This document shows, in pieces, positions 16,749 through 28,305 of a stretch of DNA of 64,000 bases. Position 1 is the stretch's first letter. Each line of letters opens with the position of its first letter. The stretch spans positions 73,957 through 137,956 of the forward strand of contig CAYNTH010000001.1 of NCBI GenBank assembly GCA_964400475.1, written 5' to 3'. The position numbers and the translations under genes were made by a program. The notes beneath the pieces are model-generated. The model worked only from the letters and a program-made list of their open reading frames with translations. It was not told the DNA's origin and ran no database searches. Origin of the DNA: an uncultured archaeon (GTDB taxonomy: Archaea; Aenigmatarchaeota; Aenigmatarchaeia; CG10238-14; SCSR01).

Positions 16749-19700
16749 ATGGCTGAAAAAGAAAAGAAGAAGATGATAACTCCTGCAGACGTTTATTGGG
16801 ATGGCCGGTATTTGGGTAAGGTGGAAAATCCCATGGAACTTGTTGATAAGATTACGCAAGGGAGGAGAGACGGCACATTATCTTATCAGGTAAATGTTTC
16901 TTATTACTCCCATTTAGATGAAGTAAGAGTTATGTCGGATGAAGGTCGTGTAAGAAGGCCGGCAATTGTTGTTGAAAATGGGAAATCTAAACTCACAAAT
17001 GATGTGATAAAGAAGATAAAGAATGGTGACATGGAATGGAAAGATTTGATAGATCAAGGGATAGTTGAGTATTTGGATGCAGACGAAGAAGAGGGAACTT
17101 ATATATGTTTGAATCCAGAGGACCTTACAGAAGAACACACTCACCTCGAGCTAGATCCTTCGATAATTTTAGGGCTTTCCGCATCATTCATACCCTTTAC
17201 CGAATACAACCGGGGAGATAGGGTAAATTATGGTGCAAAAATGATAGGCCAGAGTATGGGGCTATTTTCTACTAATTATTTGAGTAGAGTGGATACAAAA
17301 TCGAACGTGATGGTTTATCCACAAAAGCCATTGGTTGGTACGCATGCAAATAAGATAATAAATTATGACAAGCATCCGAATGGATCTAACGTGATAGTCG
17401 CAGTTGGTTGTTTTGACGGATACAACATGGAAGATGCCATTGTTATAAATAAGAGTTCTATACAACGTGGATTGTTTTGGTCAGCTATGATGAGGACTTA
17501 TGACGCTGTACAGAAAAGATACATGGGTGGTCAAGAAGATATAATTGGAATACCTGAGGCTGGGGTTCGTGGTTATGCTGGTGAGGATGCTTACAAACAT
17601 CTACCAGAGGATGGAATAATCAATCCTGAAACAGTTGTTAATTCTGATGATGTTTTAGTTGGACGGGTATCACCCCTTAGATTCTTGGGTACAATGGATC
17701 AATTCATTACTGGTATAGAAAATATCAGAGAAACATCGATTAAAGTGAGAAATGAAGAGAATGGTGTAGTTGATAGGGTTTTCTTGTCAGAGACAAATGA
17801 TGGTACAATGCTGATAAAAGTGGTTGTTAGAGATTTGAAGATACCCGAGATTGGCGATAAATTTTCGAGTAGACATGGTCAAAAAGGTGTAATAGGATTG
17901 ATCGTACCAGAGGAAGATATGCCATTTACGGAAGAGGGAATAGTTCCTGATATAATATTCAATCCACATGGTATTCCATCGAGAATGACCATGGGACAAT
18001 TATTGGAATTTTTAGGTGGTAAGCTTGGTGCACTTTCAGGGAAGATGGTTGATGCAAGTCCATTCAATGCTATGAAAGAGAAGGACATTCGATCGCAACT
18101 TAGTGAGTATGGTTTTAGGGACGATGGTAAAGAAGTTATGTATGATGGTAGGACAGGTCGTCGTTTCGCTGCTCAGATATTCATGGGTAATTGTTTTTAT
18201 CAAAAATTGGATCACTTGGTATCAAATAAGATACATGCTCGTTCCAGGGGACCAGTCGCGTTATTGACCAAGCAACCTACCGAGGGTAGGAGCAAGGATG
18301 GTGGACTTAGACTGGGGGAGATGGAAAAGGACTGTTTGATAGCCCACGGTGCTGCACTTGTATTGAAAGAGCGCTTTGATTCGGATAAAACAACTGTTCC
18401 CGTTTGCAAAGAATGCGGGATGGTTGCTATACACGATCGAATTAAGAATAGGATGTATTGTTCTGTTTGTGGCAATTCAAAAATAGAAAAAGTCGAGATG
18501 GGCTACGCATTCAAATTAATGTTAGAGGAATTGAAGAGTTTGTTGATATATCCAAAAATTGTAATCAATAGAGAAAATTCATTGGTAGATAGAATCGAAT
18601 TTGGGTTCCTCAGTCCAGATATCATAAGAGATATGGTAGTTGCCAAGATAACGAAAACGGATTTATATGACCAGGAGGGATATCCAATCGAAGGAGGATT
18701 AATGGATCCAAGATTGGGTGTAGTTGATCCGGGGGTCAGATGTCGTGTTTGCGGTGGTAGAGTAGGTGAATGCCAAGGGCATTTTGGCTATTTGGATCTG
18801 ACAAGACCGATATTGCATGTTCATTATGCCAAATTTATCTATAATTTAATGAAATTGTTCTGTCATAAATGCAGTAGGATATTGCTGGACGATGAAACTA
18901 TAGAGAAAGTGAGAAAGGGCAAGTACAGTATAAGAGACATAATCAAGATGAGGGAACGCAAATGTCCTCATTGTGGTGCGAAACGGAAGAAGGTTAGATT
19001 TACAAGACCATACACCATAAACGAAGGTAAGAAAAGCTTGAATCCAGCTGAATTAAGAGCAAGAATGGAAAAAATGCTCGATAGAGACCTTGAATTAATC
19101 GGGGTTGCGATACGCCCAGAATGGCTAGTTTTGACGATTTTACCTATAGCACCGGTTACTGTTAGACCGTCTATCACACTTGAAACTGGTGATAGGTCTG
19201 AGGACGATTTGACACATAAACTTGTCGATATTGTTAGAATCAATGAGCGATTGAGGGAAAATATCGATTTGGGTGCTCCAGATTTCATAATCGAAGATCT
19301 TTGGGAACTTTTACAGTATCATATATCAACATATTTTGATAACGGTATATCTGGTGTTCCTCCAGCAAGACATAGATCTGGACGAGTGTTAAAAACATTG
19401 ACTCAAAGACTCAAAACAAAGGAAGGGAGATTCAGAGGAAATCTGGCAGGTAAGCGTGTTAATTTCTCCGCCAGAACTGTGATAAGTCCAGACCCAATGA
19501 TAGATATAGACGAGGTTGGAGTACCAGAGGAAATAGTGAGAGAATTGACGTTGCCAGTGAGGGTAAATCCTGAAAACAAGGAAGAATTGATTGAAATTGT
19601 TAAAAGAGGGCCTAAGCATACTAAGGGAGCGAATTATGTGATAAGAACAGATGGCCGACGAAAAAAGATTACCGAATTAAGCAAGGATGATATCGCTGAA

Positions 19701-21110
19701 GAACTTGACATCGGGTATATTGTAGAACGGCACATAAAGGATGGTGACATGGTTCTATTCAATAGACAACCCAGTTTGCACAGGATGAGTATAATGGCTC
19801 ATAGGATAAAGGTCATGCCTTATAAGACATTTAGGTTGAATGTTTCTGTATGTCCGCCGTACAATGCGGATTTCGACGGAGATGAGATGAATTTGCATCT
19901 GCCGCAGACAGAAGAGGCACAGTCAGAAGCAAGGTCTTTGATGATAGTTCACAAAAACATACGTAGTCCTAGATTTTCAGGGCCGATTATAGGTGCACAT
20001 CGTGATTATATATCAGGATTATATTATTTGACTAATGGTGAAAAAAAGTTCAGCAGAAAACAAGCTGTCCAGATAATAAGGTCAATAGACACTGATTTGG
20101 ATATCCCAGGTAAGAAGACGTTAACCGGAAAGGAGATATTCAGTATATTTTTGCCTAAAGGACTCAATATGGAGCATAAGACCAAATCTTGTACAGGTTG
20201 TAAAAAGTGTTTGAAGGAGGACTGTAAGGATGATGCATATGTGGTTATCGAAGACGGAAAACTGGTCAGTGGTACAATAGACGTTGCTTCGGTTGGTGCA
20301 TTTTCCGGTAAGATAATAGATAAAATCGAAAAAGATTATGGTTCTGAAATCGCAAAGAAATTCATATATGATATAACTAAATTGTCTATAGAATCTTTGA
20401 TGATATCAGCATTTTCTATTAGCATATCTGATCAAGATTTGTCTGAAGAGGCCAGGGATGAAATAAGTAAAATAATAAAGAACGTTAGGAAGGATGTGGA
20501 CAATTTTATTGAAGATTATGAAAAAGGTGAAATCAAAATATTGCCTGGAAGAACGGCCAAGGAGAGCCTGGAATCTCACATCAAGAGAAGATTGAACAAG
20601 TCCATAGATGAAGTGGAAGATGTAATCGAGGAACACATTAAAGATAATTTCACTGTTATGATGGCTAAGAGTGGGTCAAGGGGTAGTTTGGTTAATTTGG
20701 TGCAAACTGCTGCGATGGTTGGTCAGGAAATGGCAATGGGTGAACGAATAGAAAGAGGTTATCATAATAGGACATTCCCACATTTCAAGAAGGGAGATAT
20801 AAGTTTGGAGTCTAGGGGATTCGTTGGACGAGGATTCAGGGACGGATTGACACCTTTCGAATTTTTCTTCGATGCTATAAACAGTAGGGAATCACTAATG
20901 GATAAATCATTAAAAACAAGGCACTCCGGGTACATGGAAAGAAGGTTGGTAGGCGCGTTGCAGGATTTGAAGGTTGAATACGATGGTACTGTAAGGGATA
21001 GTGCTAATCATATAATCCAATTCATCGCGGGTGAAGACGGATTGGATCCTTCCAAGATAAGGGAACATGGTGTGGATTTGGAAGCCATTGCAGATGGAAT
21101 TAAAGGGTAA
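16749..21110 (+). CDS. fused RNA polymerase subunit B'-A' (Rpo2 C-terminal part + Rpo1 N-terminal part)
   Basis: B' motifs [33 protein letters not shown] run without stop into A' motifs [11 protein letters not shown]...[28 protein letters not shown]. Confidence 0.95.
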   Translation: MAEKEKKKMITPADVYWDGRYLGKVENPMELVDKITQGRRDGTLSYQVNVSYYSHLDEVRVMSDEGRVRRPAIVVENGKSKLTNDVIKKIKNGDMEWKDLIDQGIVEYLDADEEEGTYICLNPEDLTEEHTHLELDPSIILGLSASFIPFTEYNRGDRVNYGAKMIGQSMGLFSTNYLSRVDTKSNVMVYPQKPLVGTHANKIINYDKHPNGSNVIVAVGCFDGYNMEDAIVINKSSIQRGLFWSAMMRTYDAVQKRYMGGQEDIIGIPEAGVRGYAGEDAYKHLPEDGIINPETVVNSDDVLVGRVSPLRFLGTMDQFITGIENIRETSIKVRNEENGVVDRVFLSETNDGTMLIKVVVRDLKIPEIGDKFSSRHGQKGVIGLIVPEEDMPFTEEGIVPDIIFNPHGIPSRMTMGQLLEFLGGKLGALSGKMVDASPFNAMKEKDIRSQLSEYGFRDDGKEVMYDGRTGRRFAAQIFMGNCFYQKLDHLVSNKIHARSRGPVALLTKQPTEGRSKDGGLRLGEMEKDCLIAHGAALVLKERFDSDKTTVPVCKECGMVAIHDRIKNRMYCSVCGNSKIEKVEMGYAFKLMLEELKSLLIYPKIVINRENSLVDRIEFGFLSPDIIRDMVVAKITKTDLYDQEGYPIEGGLMDPRLGVVDPGVRCRVCGGRVGECQGHFGYLDLTRPILHVHYAKFIYNLMKLFCHKCSRILLDDETIEKVRKGKYSIRDIIKMRERKCPHCGAKRKKVRFTRPYTINEGKKSLNPAELRARMEKMLDRDLELIGVAIRPEWLVLTILPIAPVTVRPSITLETGDRSEDDLTHKLVDIVRINERLRENIDLGAPDFIIEDLWELLQYHISTYFDNGISGVPPARHRSGRVLKTLTQRLKTKEGRFRGNLAGKRVNFSARTVISPDPMIDIDEVGVPEEIVRELTLPVRVNPENKEELIEIVKRGPKHTKGANYVIRTDGRRKKITELSKDDIAEELDIGYIVERHIKDGDMVLFNRQPSLHRMSIMAHRIKVMPYKTFRLNVSVCPPYNADFDGDEMNLHLPQTEEAQSEARSLMIVHKNIRSPRFSGPIIGAHRDYISGLYYLTNGEKKFSRKQAVQIIRSIDTDLDIPGKKTLTGKEIFSIFLPKGLNMEHKTKSCTGCKKCLKEDCKDDAYVVIEDGKLVSGTIDVASVGAFSGKIIDKIEKDYGSEIAKKFIYDITKLSIESLMISAFSISISDQDLSEEARDEISKIIKNVRKDVDNFIEDYEKGEIKILPGRTAKESLESHIKRRLNKSIDEVEDVIEEHIKDNFTVMMAKSGSRGSLVNLVQTAAMVGQEMAMGERIERGYHNRTFPHFKKGDISLESRGFVGRGFRDGLTPFEFFFDAINSRESLMDKSLKTRHSGYMERRLVGALQDLKVEYDGTVRDSANHIIQFIAGEDGLDPSKIREHGVDLEAIADGIKG

Positions 21111-21114
21111 TTAT

Positions 21115-22260
21115 ATGAATGAAAATGAAAAAGAAGAAATATTGTCGGAAGATATAAGATTGCCTAAATTTTTGATTGAGAAAATTGAGGAAGTTTCTGA
21201 GAAGAAAAAATTGACCAAGAAAGAACAGGAGAAATTCATAGAAAAAGTGAAAGAGGAATATCTAAAAGGTAAGTATGAACCCGGCGAAGCAGTTGGGATA
21301 ATCTCTGCTCAAAGTATCTCCGAACCGGCCACACAGATGACTATGCGTACATACCACTTTGCGGCATCTGCTGGTGTTAAAGTTACCCACGGATTGCCTA
21401 GATTAATAGAAATTTTTGATGCTAAAAAAGAACCTAGTATACCTACAATGAATGTTTATCTTAAAAGTAAATATAATAATCTCAAAACAGCTAAAAAGGT
21501 AGCGGAGATGATTATCGAAGAAACTGTTGTCGATGTTTCGGAGAATATTGCATTAAATTTATCAGATATGTCAGTTGATATAACGCTGGAAGACGATAGA
21601 AGGTTAAGCGCTGTTAAAAAAGCAATTATAGCTGATAAAAGATTCATGAGATATGCTGGAAAAGTCAAGGAAAGTGGGAACAAAATTGTAATTCTCGGTA
21701 AGGAAGATTCAGATATTAAATCACTCCAACGTATAAGAAGTAAGATCACTGACGTTCATGTATCTGGTCTCGAAGATGTGAGTAATACAGTAATAAGGCG
21801 AGAAGGAGACGATTGGATAATAAGTACTGTGGGCTCTACGTTAGAATCAGTACTTAAAATCAAAGAGGTCGATTCGAGAAGAACATATTCGAATGATTTA
21901 CACGAAACAAAAAGAATATTGGGTGTAGAAGCTGCTAGGAGTTTAATTATTAGAGAGGCGGTCGATACGATGCAACAACAGGCACTGAATGTGGATATCA
22001 GACATTTGACACTTCTCAGCGATATGATGACATTTTCGGGTGATGTAGAAGCCATAGGACGTTATGGTGTTGCGGGTTCTAAAAATTCTATATTAGCCCG
22101 TGCAGGGTTCGAAGAGACCAAAAAACACTTAGTTAGGGCAAGTATACGGGGAGAAGTAGACAATTTCGACGGTATTTTCGAAAATATAATGCTGGGACAA
22201 GTAATACCTTCTGGTACAGGTATGTTTGAACTTATAGCAAAATTTCAAGACGACGAGTGA
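21115..22260 (+). CDS. rpoA2: RNA polymerase subunit A'' (Rpo1 C-terminal part)
   Basis: [59 protein letters not shown]; start ATG 21115. Confidence 0.96.
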   Translation: MNENEKEEILSEDIRLPKFLIEKIEEVSEKKKLTKKEQEKFIEKVKEEYLKGKYEPGEAVGIISAQSISEPATQMTMRTYHFAASAGVKVTHGLPRLIEIFDAKKEPSIPTMNVYLKSKYNNLKTAKKVAEMIIEETVVDVSENIALNLSDMSVDITLEDDRRLSAVKKAIIADKRFMRYAGKVKESGNKIVILGKEDSDIKSLQRIRSKITDVHVSGLEDVSNTVIRREGDDWIISTVGSTLESVLKIKEVDSRRTYSNDLHETKRILGVEAARSLIIREAVDTMQQQALNVDIRHLTLLSDMMTFSGDVEAIGRYGVAGSKNSILARAGFEETKKHLVRASIRGEVDNFDGIFENIMLGQVIPSGTGMFELIAKFQDDE

Positions 22261-22265
22261 TTTGA

Positions 22266-22541
22266 ATGGCAGAAGATGAAGAACTTAGAAAGGATATACA
22301 AGATGCGATAAAATCTGGGAAATGTATATTGGGCTATAGGAAATCGATTGAATACATCAAGACTCAGAATCCGTCAAAAGTCGTAATATCCAACAATATT
22401 CCTGAAGATAAATTCGACGACATAACGCATAATGCTGAAATAGGATCAATCAATGTTATCGAATTTGACGGCAGTAGTAAGGATTTGGGAGTGATTTGTG
22501 GAAAGCCTTTTCCTGTTTTAGTGCTTGTTATCAGAAATTGA
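22266..22541 (+). CDS. rpl30e: ribosomal protein L30e (eL30)
   Basis: GK.ILG, LGVICGKPF; conserved position after rpoA''. Confidence 0.93.
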   Translation: MAEDEELRKDIQDAIKSGKCILGYRKSIEYIKTQNPSKVVISNNIPEDKFDDITHNAEIGSINVIEFDGSSKDLGVICGKPFPVLVLVIRN

Positions 22542-22581
22542 CCAGTAAATATAAAAATGAAGAATTATAGGGGATGTTAAT

Positions 22582-22998
22582 ATGACATTAAGTTTCGATA
22601 CAGAATCCATACGATTAATGACATTATTTGAAAATATAATGCACGTGAATGTCAAAGATTGTATAGTTGACGATAGTGTTGTTTATCTTGTAATAGAAGA
22701 AGGTATGATAGGACTTGCAATTGGTAAAAATGGCAGAAGCGTTAAACATGCTGAGAAGGTTACTGGAAAAACTATAAAATTATTTGAATATTCTGATAAT
22801 CTTGTCGAATTTGTTAAAAAGGTAGTCCCGTATACTACGGGAGTTAAAGTTAGAAATGAGAATGGTAAAGTGATAGTTAACGTTCATGTCAGAAGAAATA
22901 ATAGGCCTATGGTGATAGGCAGAGGTGGGAGAAATCTAGAGCTTTATAAGAAATTGCTCAAGAGAAACCACGAAGTGGATGATTTAGTGATCAGATAG
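22582..22998 (+). CDS. nusA: archaeal NusA (KH domains)
   Basis: GLAIGKNG, VIGRGGRN; operon position. Confidence 0.93.
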   Translation: MTLSFDTESIRLMTLFENIMHVNVKDCIVDDSVVYLVIEEGMIGLAIGKNGRSVKHAEKVTGKTIKLFEYSDNLVEFVKKVVPYTTGVKVRNENGKVIVNVHVRRNNRPMVIGRGGRNLELYKKLLKRNHEVDDLVIR

Positions 22999-23036
22999 AG
23001 CAAAGATTATTAAATAATAAAAACAAAGGTGAAACT

Positions 23037-23462
23037 ATGGCAAAAGGTCAGTACGCGGCGAGGAAGCTACGAAAGAATAGACAGAAATTCCGATGGAAAA
23101 ACTCGAATTATAAGAGGAAAAAATTAAAATTATGGAAGAAGGGCCCTTTAGAGGGTGCACCACAAGGTAGAGGTATTGTTATAGATAAGAGAGTAGTCGA
23201 ACACAAAAAACCATCATCTGGTTTATTAAAATGTGTTCGTGTCCAATTAATCAAGAATAATACTCAGGTAACTGCACACGTACCAGGGAATCACGCTATT
23301 CAACACATCGCTGAGCATGATGAGGTTTTACTTGAGAAGGTAGGTGGATCACAAGGTGGGCCGAAGGGAACTATGGTAGGTATTAAGTATAAGGTTGTTA
23401 AAGTGAATGGTGTTTCGTTAAGCGAGATAGTTGCGGGCAAGAAGCAGAAACCAACGAGGTAA
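23037..23462 (+). CDS. rps12: ribosomal protein S12 (uS12)
   Basis: PLEGAPQGRGIV, KKPSSG..KCVRVQLIKN, YKVVKVNGVSL. Confidence 0.96.
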   Translation: MAKGQYAARKLRKNRQKFRWKNSNYKRKKLKLWKKGPLEGAPQGRGIVIDKRVVEHKKPSSGLLKCVRVQLIKNNTQVTAHVPGNHAIQHIAEHDEVLLEKVGGSQGGPKGTMVGIKYKVVKVNGVSLSEIVAGKKQKPTR

Positions 23463-23471
23463 GTGATAATT

Positions 23472-24068
23472 ATGATGAAAGTTTTTGATAAATGGCCAAT
23501 TGATGATATAGAGGTATATGACCAGGGGTTGAAGAAATATATCGGATTAAATCCGACGATTGTACCCAAAAGCGGTGGCAGATACGCCGATGACCCGCAT
23601 GGAAAATCAAAAATTAATATAGTCGAAAGATTGATTACTAAACTTATGGTTCCTGGACATAGTGGTAAAAAACATGTCATATCGTCTGGTCGAGCTACTG
23701 GAAAATATTCAAAACATTACAAAACAGTTAAAAGAACGTTTGAAAAGATTGAAAAAGAGACCAATAAAAACCCCATTGAAGTTTTGGTGCGTGCTATAGA
23801 AAATTCCGCATTGAGGGAGGAAATAGCTTCCTACCAAGTAGGTGGTATAATAGTCAGACGTACCGTTGTAACAAGTCCTCAGAGGAGGGTAGATTTGGCT
23901 CTGAGGAGAATCGTACAAGCCGCTTATAAGAAAAGTTTTGGTAAAAAAATGAATATTGTTGATATTTTATCAGAAGAACTGATAGCTGCAGGTGAGAATG
24001 ATTCTTCAAAGTCCGAGGCCGTTAAGGAAAAAGAACGTATAGAGCGGGAAGCAGAAGGGTCGAGGTAG
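23472..24068 (+). CDS. rps7: ribosomal protein S7 (uS7)
   Basis: KVFDKW, IVERL, NPIEVLVRAIEN, SPQRRVD.ALR. Confidence 0.95.
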   Translation: MMKVFDKWPIDDIEVYDQGLKKYIGLNPTIVPKSGGRYADDPHGKSKINIVERLITKLMVPGHSGKKHVISSGRATGKYSKHYKTVKRTFEKIEKETNKNPIEVLVRAIENSALREEIASYQVGGIIVRRTVVTSPQRRVDLALRRIVQAAYKKSFGKKMNIVDILSEELIAAGENDSSKSEAVKEKERIEREAEGSR

Positions 24069-24149
24069 TTTTCAAATCCAAAATGTTAAAAAGGACATAT
24101 CACATATTTTGATGATATAAATTATAGAAAATTTGATTGACGTGATTCG

Positions 24150-26357
24150 ATGGCAAAGAAGGACCTTGTAGAAAGAATAAAGACTGTAATGAACGAACCT
24201 CCTAAAATAAGGAATGTTGCCACGAGTTCTCACGTACACCACGGAAAGACCGCATTAACGGATAATTTGATGGGTGGTGCAGGTATGTTATCCGACAAAG
24301 TGGTCGGAGACACTGAAAGTGGGATGTTTACGTGGTTCGATGAACAAGAAAGAGAAAGACAGCTCACTATCTATGGCGCTAACGTAAGCATGGTACATGA
24401 ATACAAGGGTAGCGACTATATAATTAACCTTTTAGACACGCCTGGGCACGTTGATTTCGGTGGAGACGTAACTCGTGCAATGAGAGCAGTAGATGGTACA
24501 ATCGTTCTCGTTTGTGGGGTCGAAGGAATTATGCCACAGACAGAGACCGTTTTTAGACAAGCGCTCAGAGAACGTGTTAAACCAGTTTTATTTATTAACA
24601 AGGTCGACAGATTAATCCGTGAATTGAAATTAACACCAGAGATGATGCAGAAGAGATTCCTTAAGATAATAGAAGACGTTAATATGCTCATACACAAATA
24701 TGCTGAAGACGAGTATAAGGACGAATGGTTGGTTGATGTTAATGATGGTAGTGTTGCATTCGGATCAGCAACGAAAAAATGGGCCATATCCATTCCTTAT
24801 ATGAAGAAGACTGATATAACATTTTCTGATATTATTGAGTTGACGAATGATGATAAGGAAGATGAATTAGCGAAAAAAGCACCTCTACACAGGGTTACAT
24901 TGAACATGATAATCAAACACTTACCAACTCCTAAGGAGGCACAACAATATAGATTGTCTAAAATCTGGAAAGGCGATTTGGATAGTAACATTGGTAAAGA
25001 TATGTTATCTTGTGATTCGGACGGAAAGTTAGCATTGATAATTACTAAGATGGTCAGGGATCCGCATGTCGGATTCGTAGCCACTGGAAGACTGTTTTCA
25101 GGGAAACTCGAAAAAGGCATGGATGTTCATTTGATAGGTCAACATAAGGATCAAAAAGTGCAACAAGTGGCAATTTACAAAGGTATACAGAGAATACCTG
25201 TTGATGCTATAACTGCAGGCAACATAGCTGCAATCGTTGGTATACCAGATGTTTATACAGGTGAAACTATCACGAATTCAGGTAATGTTATAGAACCATT
25301 TGAACAAATAAAACATATTTTTGAACCTGTGGTAACTAAATCAATCGAGCCTAAAAATGCAATGGAACTTCCTAAATTGATAAATGCCCTTAAACAGTTG
25401 AGCAGAGAAGACAGTACATTGAAGATTAAAATAGACCAGGAAACAGGTGAATATTTGGTTTCCGGTATGGGTGAATTGCATCTGGAGGCAAAGGTAGAAA
25501 GGAAACTAAAGAGCATGGGACTGGACATAGAAATGTCTAAACCAATTGTTGTTTATAGAGAGGCCATATTCGAAGAGTCCCCAACAGTAGAAGGTAAATC
25601 ACCGAACAAACACAACAAATTCCAGGTTATTGCTGAACCGTTGGAAGATGGTGTTTACCAAGCTATGAAAGACGGTGACATAGAATCCGAATTCGATATC
25701 AAAGGGAAAAAATTGGATATGGCCAAAAAATTAAGTGAATTGGGTATGGATTACGACGAGGCGAAGGGAGTAATATATGGGCACAATAGATGCATCCTCG
25801 TGGATTTGACTAAGGGCGTACAATATCTCAACGAGACAATGGAGCTTGTGAAAGAAGCCTTTGAAGATGTTATCGACGAAGGACCGCTCTGCAGGGAACC
25901 GTGTAGCGGAATGAAGATTAAACTCGTTGACGCGTCGTTGCACGAAGATCCTGTACATAGGGGGCCTGGTCAGATAATACCTGCATTCAGGAACACCATA
26001 AAGAATGTCTTATTACTGTCAGACATAACGCTATTGGAACCAAGGCAGATTATCAGGATAGATGTACCAGAAGAATTAATAGGAGTGACTACCAGAGAAG
26101 TTGAAAATAGGCGCGGGCAGATAATGGATATACAAACAGAAAAGGGTGCCGCGGTTATAAAGGCAAAGCTACCGGTGGTAGAGATGTTTGGCTTCGATGC
26201 AACATTGAAATCTCTTACAAGTGGTAGAGGATTTTACAATATGATAGAAATATTGTTTGAGAAAATACCAAAATATTTGAGGGAAGATATTATCAAGAAA
26301 GTCAGATCTAGAAAGGGTCTAAAGGAAGATATCCCAAGTGCAAGAACGGTCCAATAA
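24150..26357 (+). CDS. fusA: translation elongation factor aEF-2
   Basis: DTPGHVDFGGDVTRAMRAVDG, NKVD, GMGELHLE, HEDPVHRGPGQ diphthamide loop. Confidence 0.96.
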   Translation: MAKKDLVERIKTVMNEPPKIRNVATSSHVHHGKTALTDNLMGGAGMLSDKVVGDTESGMFTWFDEQERERQLTIYGANVSMVHEYKGSDYIINLLDTPGHVDFGGDVTRAMRAVDGTIVLVCGVEGIMPQTETVFRQALRERVKPVLFINKVDRLIRELKLTPEMMQKRFLKIIEDVNMLIHKYAEDEYKDEWLVDVNDGSVAFGSATKKWAISIPYMKKTDITFSDIIELTNDDKEDELAKKAPLHRVTLNMIIKHLPTPKEAQQYRLSKIWKGDLDSNIGKDMLSCDSDGKLALIITKMVRDPHVGFVATGRLFSGKLEKGMDVHLIGQHKDQKVQQVAIYKGIQRIPVDAITAGNIAAIVGIPDVYTGETITNSGNVIEPFEQIKHIFEPVVTKSIEPKNAMELPKLINALKQLSREDSTLKIKIDQETGEYLVSGMGELHLEAKVERKLKSMGLDIEMSKPIVVYREAIFEESPTVEGKSPNKHNKFQVIAEPLEDGVYQAMKDGDIESEFDIKGKKLDMAKKLSELGMDYDEAKGVIYGHNRCILVDLTKGVQYLNETMELVKEAFEDVIDEGPLCREPCSGMKIKLVDASLHEDPVHRGPGQIIPAFRNTIKNVLLLSDITLLEPRQIIRIDVPEELIGVTTREVENRRGQIMDIQTEKGAAVIKAKLPVVEMFGFDATLKSLTSGRGFYNMIEILFEKIPKYLREDIIKKVRSRKGLKEDIPSARTVQ

Positions 26358-26453
26358 TAGAAAATATATTTAAATACTTTTAATAATTAGTATAGTTAAT
26401 GATGCCCAATTTTTGGGTTAGTATTAAATTTGTAAAAAAAGGAGGTGTAATTA

Positions 26454-27731
26454 ATGGCAGAAAAACCACACTTAAACTTGATGACAGCAGGGCACGTGGA
26501 TAGTGGTAAATCTACTCTATTGGGTAGGTTGTTATTCGATTCAGGTGCAGTAAGAGAAGAAGAAATGAGAAAATTAAGAGATACGGCCAAAGAACTCAAG
26601 AAGGAGACATGGGAATACGCCTATGCAGTTGATACAACTAAGGAAGAGCGTTCAAGAGGTTTGACAATAGATATAATGCACAGACCTTTTGAGACCAAGA
26701 AATGGTACTTCACTGTTATAGACGCTCCAGGACACAGAGATTTCGTTAAAAATATGATTACCGGTGCCTCGCAGGCAGACGTTGCGATATTCGTAGTATC
26801 TGCTAAACCAGGTGAAGGTATACAAGAACAAACAAAAGAGCATGCTTATTTGTTAAAAGTGCTCGGTGTAAATCAAATAGTAATAGCATTGAATAAGATG
26901 GATGCCGCAAATTGGGATGAGAAAAGATTTAATGAAGTTAAAGAAAATGTAATAAATCTTTTCAAGAAGATTGGATACAAGACGGATAAAATACCAATAA
27001 TACCAATTTCTGCATTTACTGGAGATAATGTCGTTAAAAAATCAGAAAACATGGATTGGTACGACGGTCTTACTTTGATTGATGCTTTGGACAAACATAT
27101 AGAGGCTCCAGAAAAACCTCTCGATAAACCTTTAAGAATGCCTATTCAGGATGTTTTCACAATCAGTGGAATTGGAACAGTTCCTGTAGGTAGAGTTGAA
27201 ACCGGTGTGATGAACATTAAAGATAAGATAGTGTTCAAACCGTCTGGTGCAGAAGGCGAGGTTAAATCAATTGAGATGCATCATCAACAGGTCGAAAAAG
27301 CAGAACCTGGGGATAATGTAGGATTTAATGTTCGTGGAGTTGGAAAAGGGGACATACATAGAGGAGATGTTGTTGGACAAGCTGATAATCCACCAACAGT
27401 AGTTAAGGAATTTACAGCTCAGATTGTAGTACTCCAACACCCAACTGTGATGACAGCTGGATATACTCCAGTATTTCATACTCACACAGCGTCCGTTGCA
27501 TGTAAGATAGATGAAATAATTGCAAAATTAGATCCTAAGACCGGAGAAGTTGTGCAAGAAAACCCAGATTTCATCAAACAAGGAGATGCTGCAAGGATAA
27601 AGGTAGTACCAGTGAAACCATTGGTAATCGAGAAGCAATCAGAATTCCCAGAATTAGCTAAGTTTGCTATAAGAGATATGGGAACTACTGTAGCTGCAGG
27701 TGTATGTTTGGATTCAGTAAAAGCTGAGTAA
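26454..27731 (+). CDS. tuf: translation elongation factor aEF-1alpha
   Basis: [44 protein letters not shown]. Confidence 0.97.
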   Translation: MAEKPHLNLMTAGHVDSGKSTLLGRLLFDSGAVREEEMRKLRDTAKELKKETWEYAYAVDTTKEERSRGLTIDIMHRPFETKKWYFTVIDAPGHRDFVKNMITGASQADVAIFVVSAKPGEGIQEQTKEHAYLLKVLGVNQIVIALNKMDAANWDEKRFNEVKENVINLFKKIGYKTDKIPIIPISAFTGDNVVKKSENMDWYDGLTLIDALDKHIEAPEKPLDKPLRMPIQDVFTISGIGTVPVGRVETGVMNIKDKIVFKPSGAEGEVKSIEMHHQQVEKAEPGDNVGFNVRGVGKGDIHRGDVVGQADNPPTVVKEFTAQIVVLQHPTVMTAGYTPVFHTHTASVACKIDEIIAKLDPKTGEVVQENPDFIKQGDAARIKVVPVKPLVIEKQSEFPELAKFAIRDMGTTVAAGVCLDSVKAE

Positions 27732-27734
27732 GCT

Positions 27735-27768
27735 TTTACTTTCTCCACTCTTTTTTTCTTATTTTTTC
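27735..27768 (+). terminator. probable U-rich archaeal terminator after tuf
   Basis: Pyrimidine/T-tracts (TTTTTTTCTTATTTTTT) immediately after the stop codon. Confidence 0.45.
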
Positions 27769-27875
27769 AGATTCATTTCTTAAAGGGTAAAAACTAAAAA
27801 TAATTTCAATTAAAGAAAAGAATTTAAATACGTATAATTCAATAAAATTAAAATCGTGCAATCATTGGTGAATAG

Positions 27876-28196
27876 ATGCAGAAAGCAAGAATAAAGTTAT
27901 CGGGACGGGATCCAAACAAATTGAACGAAATTTGTAATGAAATAAAGACTATTGTTAAGAAACTCGGAATCGATTATAGCGGACCTATCCCACTCCCAAC
28001 AAAAAATCTTAAGATAACGACAATGAAAACACCATGTGGTGATGGTACTGGTCACGGTAATACTTCTTATGATAGATGGGAAATGAGGATACATAAGAGG
28101 ATAATTGATGTTCAATCCGATAAGAGGGCACTGAGGCAGATAATGCGAGTCAATGTCCCACAAGGAGTTCACATAAGCATACAACTCAAGGAATGA
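27876..28196 (+). CDS. rps10: ribosomal protein S10 (uS10)
   Basis: ARIKL, GPIPLPTK, TPCGDG, DRWEMRIHKRIID. Confidence 0.96.
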   Translation: MQKARIKLSGRDPNKLNEICNEIKTIVKKLGIDYSGPIPLPTKNLKITTMKTPCGDGTGHGNTSYDRWEMRIHKRIIDVQSDKRALRQIMRVNVPQGVHISIQLKE

Positions 28197-28243
28197 TTAT
28201 TTAGTTTTAAGTTGTAGAATACCTATAATATATAGAGATTATT

Positions 28244-28303
28244 ATGGCACATGGAGAAAAAAGAAAAAGAAGAAGAAAGAAGAAAAAGAAGAAGAAGAAA
28301 TAA
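28244..28303 (+). CDS. putative 19-aa Lys/Arg-rich micropeptide MAHGEKRKRRRKKKKKKKK
   Basis: ATG..TAA frame covering a purine-only tract downstream of rps10; coding status uncertain. Confidence 0.4.
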   Translation: MAHGEKRKRRRKKKKKKKK

Positions 28304-28305
28304 TA

